64,000 nucleotides of DNA. Source: Heterostelium pallidum (taxonomy: Eukaryota). Where the stretch lies: positions 620,435 through 684,434 of the forward strand of contig NW_008805072.1 of NCBI RefSeq assembly GCF_000004825.1. The letters are read 5' to 3'. Below the pieces are notes generated by a model. That model did not search any database and was not told the DNA's origin. It was given only the letters and a program-made list of their open reading frames with translations. Positions 52,876-64,000 of the stretch are shown in pieces; the first letter of the stretch is position 1, and every line of letters starts with the position of its first letter. Both the position numbers and the translations under genes were made by a program.

Positions 52876-55522
52876 ATGTTGTCTCTAAAAGGGTCTTCTG
52901 ACTCTATCAATGGTCAGAACAGCAATGGAGTACCCAGATCACCACTCTCCATGACACAGACTCTAGAGAGTGTACTGGAGGTACAAGACTTCACCGGATG
53001 TGGCAGTCCACCCACTATGGACACAACTGGCGATGCTGATGATCCCAACCATCACTTCCTACACTATCATCATCTGAATCAGAAAGACAATCAGACAATG
53101 GCAACAGATATGATGTGTCTCTCTGAAACTGAGCAAGAGCTGTACAACTCACCAAAGTTTCTTCAGACCACTCAGAAATCACTGAGAACCTCGCCAACAA
53201 AATCATCGCCACCCGTACCCTCAACTCCACTTTTCTTTCACCAACACTCACACAGCACCAATACATCGCCGTTACAACAAGCTATCAACCATCACAACCA
53301 ACAGCACCATCCACTTCAACACTCAACTTCTTTTCAATTGAATTCCAACAACAAATCCAGACTCATTGGATTCACCAGATCAACCTCACACTCTTCATTT
53401 TTAAATAGTCAAGACTCGTCATTCGATTCTTCCTCTCCGTCCACCCCTAATCTATCAGAAGACCATCAGATGGAGTCATCACCAAAGATGACACAGAGGC
53501 GAATGATACGCAATGAAAAGGCACGTTCGTCACCTCCACTTTCACCATCATCTTTTCTTCGTGGACAGAATCAAAATGATTCTTTCAGTAGCTGCAGTAG
53601 TATCAACAGTAGCAATAGTTACAACAACGATTTCAAAGCACGCAATGAGAATTCATTAGTACCACTTTCACCTTCTTCTCTGTTACCAGGAGTAGAACAA
53701 TTAGTAGAATCATCAAATAACAACAATAATAACAACAATCAAAACAATAGTAATAGCAATTTTTCACCATCAAGAAGTCGGTCAAATTCTCGAGGAGTAC
53801 TCTACTCACCTCGTTCAAGATCACCTTCAATCACACCAACTTCATCACCATCATCATCCTGTAAAAATATACCACCTCCATCCACGCCACCCATACCAAT
53901 CATTTCAAATGGATCAAACAGATTAGATCCAATTTCAGAATCGTTGTTGACCTCTGACGCCAATGTGATGTCGACTCCTATAACACAGAATTTGGCATCA
54001 CTTCGTTTGAACGGCAGTAGCAGCATACAGATTACACCTGCAACACCAATCACACCCATTTCACTCTCATCGAGACACGTAACCATCAATGATTTCACTT
54101 TGATTGAAAAGATTGGTGAAGGTGGATTCGGTCAGGTTTATCTCGCCAAAAAGCAAGACACTGGCGAAGTCGTCGCACTCAAGCGTATGTCCAAAGATTT
54201 GATTTGGTCCAAGAACAAAATATCACACATCAAGAATGAAAGAGATATTCTCGCACAGGGCAAGAATCACCGATATATCGTATCGTTGGTCTACTCTTTC
54301 CAAGACGATCAGTATCTGTATCTTGCAATGGAGTATGTTGCCGGTGGTGACCTAAGATCGCTCCTCAGTGCAATCGGATGTCTCGATGAAGAGAATGCCA
54401 AGTTCTACATGGCAGAGATGGTGGAAGCAGTCGACTCTTGTCATACTCTTGGTTACTGTCACCGTGATCTCAAACCAGAGAATTTCCTTATCGACAAGAC
54501 TGGTCATATCAAGCTGGCCGATTTCGGTCTCTCCAAGATGTTTACCCGTTATGTAAAGTCTGCCAAAGGCACTCCAGGTCCAAATCCAGCGGTCCTCGAG
54601 CACACACCAATGAAGTTCTCAAGTAATAGTCTCAGCACATCGGTGACAGACTTTTCGGGATTCGGTTCATTCAAAGATATCAGTCTGCAAGCAAGATTGG
54701 CATACAGCGTTGTCGGTAGTCCATTCTACATGGCACCGGAGGTCCTCCAAGCGACCACTGGGTATGGTGACGAAGTAGATTGGTGGTCACTGGGATGTAT
54801 GTTTTACGAATTCATATGTGGTGTACCTCCATTCGACGGAGATTCACCAGAGGAAGTTATGGAAACCGTACTGAAATGGAAGTCGAATCTTCAACGTCCT
54901 CCAAACATCTCTGACGACTTGTGGAGTCTTATCACTGGTTTAATAACTGATGGCAACACAAGATTGGGCACCGGTGAAAGAGGTGTAGAGAATATCAAGA
55001 GCCATCCATTCTTTAGTGGTGTATCATGGGGAATGCTTCATGAAAATGAACCTCCATTTGTGCCTCTCGTAAGTTGATATAACTATTTTTCAAATCAATT
55101 CTTTACTAACTCGTATCTATTTATTTGTTTTTTAATATTTCTAGCTTGAAGATGATTTTGATACAACATATTTTGAAAAAGATAGAGAAAGAGCAGTAGT
55201 TTACACAAACAGAAATTCTGGTGGTACCGTTTCAACCTATAAAGGTAAAGCAAATAGAAACATTCTTGGCTTTACCTATCCAAGAGCCGGTGATGATCCT
55301 CTGGTCTGGAGTAACATGTTAAAAGGTCTGACCACAGAGCAAAACAATGAAAACAATATAAATAAACTAAAAACATCACTCAACCATCTGACGCCACCAG
55401 GAGCTAGTCCATCTTCCAATGACACAAATCAAGAATCAACAAGCCCTTATAGTACCTACAGAAACAAATTTAGTTTGACAGAAATGAATTTAGAGTTATC
55501 AAATAAAGAGCCATGGAATTAA
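52876..55522 (+). CDS. NDR/LATS-family AGC serine/threonine kinase with long low-complexity N-terminus (exons 52876..55068, 55145..55522)
   Basis: Kinase subdomains are IGEGGFGQVYLAKK, HRDLKPENFLID and DFGLSKMF. An NDR-specific insert lies between subdomains VII and VIII. Then VGSPFYMAPEV. After a 76-nt gtaagt..ag intron comes the AGC tail with hydrophobic motif ..NRNILGFTYPR. Track ORF 55316..55522 is the in-frame end of exon 2. Confidence 0.9.
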
Positions 55523-55861
55523 AGATCTAATAAATTTTTAACATAATTTTATTTATTCATCAAAAACCGATTTTGTGTTTTTTTCAAATAAACTTTTTTT
55601 ACAATCAAAATTATTTTCAATGATTTTTACCCAAAAATTTTAAAAGTCATGTCTCCCCAAAAATCCCATTGATTCATTCCAAAAAAACCTAAAAACAAAC
55701 CCAGTATTGAAAATTCATCTTTTTTTATATGAAAAAAATAAAGATTTTTCATTTTTTATGTGGGTTGATTAATTTTAAAAAAGCATAAATAGTGAACTGC
55801 TAGCAATCATTCATCATATTGTTGAATAACAAATTAACTAATAAACTAATAAATAAATAAA

Positions 55862-57072
<1,211 letters not shown>

Positions 57073-57686
57073 ACAATTTAATAATAATCTTGTTGTAAAT
57101 TATAATAAAATATTTAATGATAAAAAATCAGCTGTTGATTTAATCCAGTTGGTTTTATTTTGTATTTAAAATTATTATTTTGTTTTTTTTTTTTATTTCA
57201 TTATAAATAATAATATAACTTCTATCAAAGTGAAGAACATGCATAGTTGGTTTAACTTGAAGTTGGAAGGCAATCAGTAAGATCTCTAATGAAGTTTTGA
57301 TTGGAACTTTTACAACTTCTCACTCAATATTTCAAGATAGTTGAAAAGTTAATAAATAAACTAACAATATTAGAAAACTAACCTTGACAATGTTCTAACA
57401 GATAAATCTTTTCAAATTAAAACTATCATGAATTACAAATATAAATAATCTAGAGGGGTAATAAACAACAAAATTAAAGTCCACTATTTCCCTTATGTTT
57501 ATTGAAGACTTTTTTTTTCCTTACTAAATATGGTTTTTTTAAAAATAATCTAGTTTTATTTGATTACATTAAATAGTAACACATGTTTATAAATAAAGTT
57601 GAATGACAATCTTAATTATTATAATTTATTTATATTGTTTTAATTGTATTTTTAGATTGATTTTTAATATTATTAAATAATAAAGG

Positions 57687-60600
57687 TTACATTTCAGTTG
57701 GTTTCTTATGATAAAGGTTGGTTATTATATCCTTAGTGTATTTGACTTTACCAACGATCTTTGAGTCCATCGATTCCAAAAAGTTTGATAAACGATCGGT
57801 CTTTACTGTTGTTTCGTCACTAGCAATGTATGTAACCATATGATGCTTTGTGAATATTATTATTGATTTGTCAAAGAAATTAACTTGAATTGTCTTATCG
57901 CTAAGGCGGAACGCAATACCTTTACTTGTCTTAATCCATTTCTTAACATAGACTGGATTATTTAAATCATTTTGCTGTGGAGCATAGTTGTTATTATTGT
58001 TGTTGTTGTTGATTAGTTGTTTGATTTTTACAGGTTGGTTAAGATGATTTGCAAAGTATTTGATCAAAGTAACCTTCTTTTGAGTGTCATGTGGGTGACT
58101 CTCATCTATATTTAAAATTCTTCTGCCGTCTCCTTCAGTTCCTTTTGCGTGTTCCATATAATGTGCAATACTATATAGTTAAAGAGTCATGTTAATAACA
58201 ATAGATATGTGTAATGTTTAGTTAATTACTATAACCTACCCAGTTCCAAGGAAACTGATAACTTTGGTTGAATCATTAAAGTAGGCACCAATTGATCCAT
58301 TGGATAAAGCATAACCAAGACCATACTTGTTTGAAAAGTCAGCAAATTGTTCGATGAATACTAGATTTGATGGTAGTCCGTTCATTGCTTTAAAAAAAAA
58401 AAAAAAAAGTTAGTGTTATTATAATTTAAGGTTTAGTTTGTATGCAAATGCTTACCCTTTGTCGAAGGTTCAGAAATATGGTTATTGGCAATTCCAACTT
58501 CCAAATCCTTTACATTATTACATATTTGTTGTTGATGTTGTTGTTGTTGGCTCTGTTGTTGGTGTTGTTGTTCATTGTTGTTGGCTCCATCCATTTGATA
58601 ATCTTGGCACTCTGGTAATGTTATTAGTTTTTGTTTTAATAGTTTAGTTTTTAAATCTAAATAGAGAATCAAAAAAAAAAAAAAAAAAAAAAAGAAAGAG
58701 ATAGAGAAATAAATCATTCAATTAATGAAACTAATCAATTGACGAGTCATTGGAAGAATTTTGATAATTACCATTTTCTTTCATCTTTTCGAGTCTTCTT
58801 AATTTTCTGTAATGGAAATCGTCTTTGTCTACATCTGAAAGCTTTTGTTGTGAGTTTGGCGAAAGTGTGACTATGTTGTTGGCTGACGAGGAGTATGCTG
58901 CAATAGTGGAGGTGGTTGAAGTGGTTGTGAATGTTTTTGATTTGTGTGGCGATGTGGTTAGTGATTGTTGTTGTTGGTTGACGATGTTAGTATTCTCGGA
59001 CAATGGTTGCATTCTAATCATTGGAATCATTGTCAAGGCAGTCTGTGGCAGATATTTAGGAATGGTGGAAAGAGTAAAGAATTCATTCTCGAGAATTTGA
59101 TGCAAGTTTGGTCTTTTTTCTTTATAAATAAAAATATTATATTAATAATCGAACAAACAATATTAAAAAAAAAAAAAAAAGTTAATAGTTACCTGGAATT
59201 GGATTTAAAATTGATATAATTAATTTCTTGGCATAATCGGAGATGGTAGGCTCCTCTGGAAAAGTATATTGGTTCTGTCTGATTCTTTGATAGGTATTTC
59301 TTACGTCTGGTGTTTCAAAAGGAGGCTTTCCAATTAGAAGAGTGTAGAGAATGATACCGATCGACCAAACATCAACCTCATAACTGTGACCATTGGAGTT
59401 ATCGAGTACCTCTGGTGCAATATAATTTGGTGTACCACAAATAGTTCTAAATAAAAAAAAGATAAAAAAAAAGAATAGAAAAATAATAATTTGTAATTAG
59501 TATGTTAATTTAAATATATATATATAAAGTCAATTTTGATCAATAATACTTTTTTCTTTCACCTTCACGTTCAACTCTTGTGGACAAACCAAAATCACCC
59601 AACTTGATCTTCATGTTATGAATGAAAAGATTACCCAACTTTAAATCACGATGAATGATCTTGTTTTGGTGTAGATAGAGAACCGCTTGGATTACTTGAT
59701 AAACATAGTACTTAACCTCTGCTTCCAACAAGAACTTTCTTCTCTTGTGTAAATCCATTACAGTCTTAAGAGATAAAAAAAAAAAGGAAAGATAACAAAA
59801 AAAAAAATAAAGAAAAGAAAATAAAATATTTATAGTAAGTAATCTATAAATTATCTGATTATAATATATATATTGTTTTTTTTTTTGAACTATACCTTTT
59901 GATTACATAGACCCAACAAAATATAGACATTCTCTTCATTCTCAAAACAATGTTCAAACTTTACGATATTTTCATGATTCAAAGAACTATGAATTCTAAT
60001 CTCTGTTTTTAACTGTTAATCAAAACAAAAAATAGTTTGAAAATTTGTTAATATCAGATGATCATTATACTATAATAGTATTACTAATAGTTAAATATTT
60101 ATAAATACCTTTGATCTGGCTCTTGGTTTTTGGAGTGTTGATTTTGGTACGATTTTGGCGGCATAAATTTTATTTGTTTCTAAATCGGTCATCAAGTAGC
60201 ATTTAGCGAAACCACCCTATACATTCGATAAACAATGATGATTAGTGATTGTGTTGATGAATATGATGTGCTTTTACTAAAGAATATGTGATAATGATGA
60301 TTTGTGTAGATCAATGATACTTACTTTACCCAAGAATTCACCTTGCTTATACTCCTTAATATGAGTTTGACCGCCACTGTTAATTACCTCTTTGACAATG
60401 ATTGGTTGTTCTTGCTGTTGTGCAGCAGAGGAAGATGAAGATGAGGAAGATGATTGGTGGTGGTGTTGTTGTTGTTGTTGCTGTTCCGACGGTCTGATCA
60501 CCATTGATTTAGTGATCAATGATGATTGGTGTTGCAAAGATGAAGTAGATTGCATCTTGACAGATGATGAACTTGCAGCAAGACCGTTATTAATATTACT

Positions 60601-60786
60601 ATTAGCTGGTGGATAGTTCTCTTGATTATCTAAATGGTTATGATTATGATTGTTATAGTAACTATATTGTTGATGTAATTGATGTTGTGTTGATTGATAG
60701 AGAGGTGTGGTGGTGCTATTGGTAGTAGTAGATGATTGATAAGAGGTAGTGGGTGCAGCAGAGAGTGAGGTTGTAGGAAAGACCAT
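57687..60786 (-). CDS. Polo-like kinase (9 exons: 60325..60786, 60109..60216, 59896..60012, 59550..59764, 59193..59446, 58772..59119, 58456..58611, 58240..58387, 57687..58170)
   Basis: Spliced product is collinear with PLK1. Matches include ..EFLGK|[26 protein letters not shown]..|..HENIV..|[36 protein letters not shown]|[19 protein letters not shown]..|E|[15 protein letters not shown]... The polo-box domain follows (..[33 protein letters not shown].. and ..[36 protein letters not shown]..). All eight introns are GT-AG and every phase is consistent. Confidence 0.9.
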
Positions 60787-61753
60787 CGTTACAAAACAAT
60801 AAACATTAATCTAAATATAAATAGTTTGATAATAGCAAATAAATAGAAAATAAAACACTAATATAGATATAGATTCTAGGCAGCAAACATTAATCGATTA
60901 TGAAATAATGAAATAATGACAAAGAGTAAAAGAGAGGGTAGTTGATTAAAAGTTTTTTTTTTTTTTTTTTTAATTTGATATGATCATAAAATTATAATTT
61001 AACTAAATAACTATATAAATACTTGATTTTGATAATAATATATTAGATATATATATAGTTTAAGATTATATTATAAATATATTAGTATATAAGTATGTAA
61101 GTAATTATGATGATGATGATGATTAATCTATTATATTAAAAGTTTATTAATGATTTGAATATTCTATTGTTATTAAATTGTGATGGTGTACCGGTGTATT
61201 GATTGACTGATTTATTTAACTGTTATGAAATTGGAAACAAACAAACAAATGAACAACACCAATTCAAAAACTAAAAACATAAAAAATAACTTTTTTTAAA
61301 AATTCAAAAAAAAAATAAAAAAATAGTCTGCGCAAACAGTCAAAAAGAGAGCCAAATCCAAAAAGATATTATTTGTTTTTTATCTGATTGTTTAAAAAGT
61401 GTTGATTATTTTCTGTTTTATACTCTATTTGTAATTTAAGAGTTAATAAATTTATTTAATTTAGATTATTATTATTTGTTTCAAAAATTTGTAAAACTTT
61501 ATAAAATTTGATTAATTTTTAAAATCTTCGCGCGTTTCAAATTCTCATCAAAATGTGAAAAATTGTCCGTTAGATTCTGATGTTCAAAAAACAAACCCCA
61601 CCAAAATTTGAAAAAAAAAAAATTCAAATTCAAATTTGAAAAAAAAAAAAAGTAGAACTTTTTTTAAATTTTGGCACAAAACAAAAAAAAATAGTTTGCA
61701 ATTTGTTTTTTTTTTATTGTTGCATTAGGATTTGTGTCACACACACAGAGCAT

Positions 61754-63488
61754 TTAAGGGAAGAAAACTTCTTTGAAATTGGACATCAGTGATTGATCGA
61801 ATGGATTCTTCAATTCCTTGATGGTGAGTGGCAGTGGTATGGTAACACGCTCGTCGTTGTCGTCGTGATGACTGTGATTCTTCTTTTTCGATTTTCGTTT
61901 GTTGTTTGCTTTGCTACTGCTAAGTCGTTGCTGTTCCTTTTCGAGTTCCTTTTGTTTGTCGGTATCGTTTGAAATGAAATCATTCTCAAAGAGTTCATCA
62001 TCGTCATCAAAGTGGTGGTCGTCCAAATTTACATTGTTGTTTTCTTCGTTGTTGCTACTATTCTCTCCTCCAACTTTCTTTGCATTCTTCTTGCTGGCTT
62101 TCTTTGCCAATCGCTTCTTCTCATTGATTCTATTCAGTCTGATCTGATCTTTAATGTCGTCCCACTTGAATGTCTCATTGGTAGTTCTGTTGGTTGCAAC
62201 CAAGAACAAATGATAACACCAAAAGTAACATAAAAACAATGATATCACCAAACAAAAGATACCCAATGGAAATACTGTTTTAGATTCTGCAAATAAATAC
62301 TATTTAATGTTTTGAATAAGTAATCGGTTTCTAGTAATAGGTAGTAATAATGATAATGATAGTTACACGAATAATTAAAGAGGTTGGTAATGGAGTCCAT
62401 TTTCCATTTTGATTGTATCCAAGCTTAAGTAGATTTCTATCATCGATGATGGTAAAGAGTGCACATGTACATAAATAGAAACCATAGAAGCACAATGCCG
62501 ATGTATTTCCAACGAAAATCAAAAAGTATCTAAGGTTTTTCTCACCAACACAATTGTTGACTGTCATATAAGTGTTGGATAAAGGTTAGTTAGTTATTGT
62601 TGATTATTATTATTATGTTGTTGACTTGTAATACATACTCCATGGACAATGATGATCGAATCTAGCTACACATTTATCACAAACTCTACAATGTTTAGAT
62701 CTTGATGGTCTATCGAGTAAAAGAAAAAAAAAATAAAAAATAGTTGTTAGCGCAATTGTCAAAATCAATGAATAAAGAGAAGATAATACAAACTTTACAA
62801 ATTCACATGTTTCACATGATTTCTTTACATATAATATTCTATCGTATTTAAACTTTGATTGAAAACCACTATGATTCTCATGGGTGATGTAACCAGGATC
62901 AGAAACAGACGATACAACGAAACTGGTTAGTGTTATAACAATTGCAATTACAGAACCAATTTTATGATAGGTAGGTGCAATGTATCCATTTAGATAAGGA
63001 TATGTATCTTTCATAAACAAATATGAACCACCAACTACCAATATCAAATATGCAATCTATTATAATCGTTATTAATTTGATAAGTTAAATGAAACTACTA
63101 CTACTATCACATCTTTATCTATATCTATTTCTATAACTAAATTAAATTACATAAATATACCTGTAATATTCGATTTGGTTTATAAAGAAAGTAATCTATA
63201 AATCTTTCAGAGTATCTCTTTAAAAATCTCGGACATATAAATGATAATATAGATCTATAATGATGAAAACGATTAGGTAATTGCATAGGCTATATAGATT
63301 TAATCTGAATCTTATTAAGATATGTATAGTACATACGAACAAAAGTTTGGAAGACCTGTAGTTAAGAATCGATTGATCTTTCCAACTATACCATCTCTAT
63401 GAAAGTTTGAGTTACCAAACGATAAAGAGTATATTACAATCACTGCAAATATAATATATCCAATTAAGATATTATATACAATATCCAT
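61754..63488 (-). CDS. DHHC-type palmitoyltransferase (zDHHC; exons ~63337..63488, 63161..63254, 62794..63056, 62639..62709, 62367..62560, 61754..62299)
   Basis: After splicing the Cys-rich domain reads [31 protein letters not shown]|[13 protein letters not shown], exactly CX2CX9HCX2CX4DHHC. Four TM helices are present. The C-terminal TTxE region reads [12 protein letters not shown], followed by an N/K/D-rich tail. Track ORFs 62613..63047, 62331..62567 and 61754..62266 are internal exons. The 5' exons were assembled by frame continuity (GTATGT/GTATAT donors). Confidence 0.8.
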
Positions 63489-63844
63489 TATAATACAATA
63501 TAGTAATAGTATATAAATATAAAGTAATAAGAAAAAAAAAAACTAACTAATTAATTAAGATGCAAAAAAAAAAAAAAAAACTTTTAAAAAAAATCTCAAT
63601 TAAAAATATTATTTCGAATAGGTTACAACTAACTTACTTAAAAGTCAGGTGAATCATCAAGATAGATGTATCATAGAATTTTTGAATGTTTTTTGAATAA
63701 AATATGTTTTATTGGTTGTAAATATAATATTATTATTATTAATAGAGATAAAGGGGAAATGTTTTTTTTTTAGATACTATTATTTGAATAGATAATTAAT
63801 AATTATATATTAATGATTATCATTATAATGGGAGTATAGTATTT

Positions 63845-64000
63845 TTAAAAACAACCGAGTCTATTTTTGTTAACGACAATTGTGTTGTCATTGTCGTCGG
63901 ATGCAGATTGCTCTAATGCAAACTTGAGGAATACTTTTTCGAGTGATGTCTGTGATACCGAGAAATCTAGGATACCCAACTTGTGTTTGTTTTGCTCAAA
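63845..64000 (-). CDS. 3' end of an ABC-transporter gene (nucleotide-binding-domain C-terminus); gene continues beyond the window
   Basis: Minus-strand read is FEQNKHKLGILDFSVSQTSLEKVFLKFALEQSASDDNDNTIVVNKNRLGCF*. The motif ..DFSVSQTSLEeVFLkfA is the conserved helix that follows the Walker B/D-loop of ABCA/ABCG-type NBDs. Confidence 0.55.
   Translation of the reverse strand, partial: FEQNKHKLGILDFSVSQTSLEKVFLKFALEQSASDDNDNTIVVNKNRLGCF

Noticed and set aside
55241-55250. gtaaag at 55244 as a splice donor in the NDR kinase 3' exon
   Set aside because: Reading through stays in frame and produces the AGC-kinase hydrophobic motif ..ILGFTYPR, so no intron is needed.

Overview
This is AT-rich eukaryotic DNA typical of a dictyostelid social amoeba. 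Intergenic regions are ~80-90% AT with poly(A)/poly(T) runs, introns are short and AT-rich (GT...AG, mostly 60-130 nt), and coding regions carry poly-Asn/Gln tracts. Codon usage is GC3-richer than Dictyostelium discoideum, which points to a Polysphondylium/Cavenderia-like species. CRISPR and other prokaryotic feature classes do not apply. The ORF-track ORFs were assembled into about 19 protein-coding genes by finding GT-AG introns that restore reading frame and homology. Many track 'M' starts are TTG/GTG codons, so true start codons were checked separately. Splice coordinates are hand-derived and may be off by 1-2 nt. Genes found: STT3 (5'-partial), a GATA-type transcription factor, a GH9 cellulase, pirin, a ZNF706/4F5-like small protein, a VPS9-domain/DUF726 (TMCO4-like) fusion gene, a USP9X/FAF-like giant deubiquitinase (~2800 aa, 8 exons), a small heat-shock protein (alpha-crystallin domain) apparently fused to an upstream Q/N-rich ORF, protein phosphatase 5, a bZIP-like protein, an AGPAT/LCLAT-type acyltransferase, a SHAQKYF-class MYB protein, a CDF metal transporter, an NDR/LATS kinase, actin, a polo-like kinase, a DHHC palmitoyltransferase and the 3' end of an ABC transporter. 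One tRNA-Ser(CGA) gene lies inside a ~4 kb ORF-free block (25.6-29.3 kb). That block has atypical composition, two copies of a tRNA-5'-half-like 39-bp element and oligo(T) tracts, and most likely holds decayed tRNA-targeted retroelement remnants. Other points worth a second look are a ~230-bp AT-rich palindrome, a cluster of ACATCATCA/CGTCATCA motifs in a 4.5-kb gene-free region, and two unusual domain fusions (VPS9-DUF726; Q/N-rich-Hsp20).
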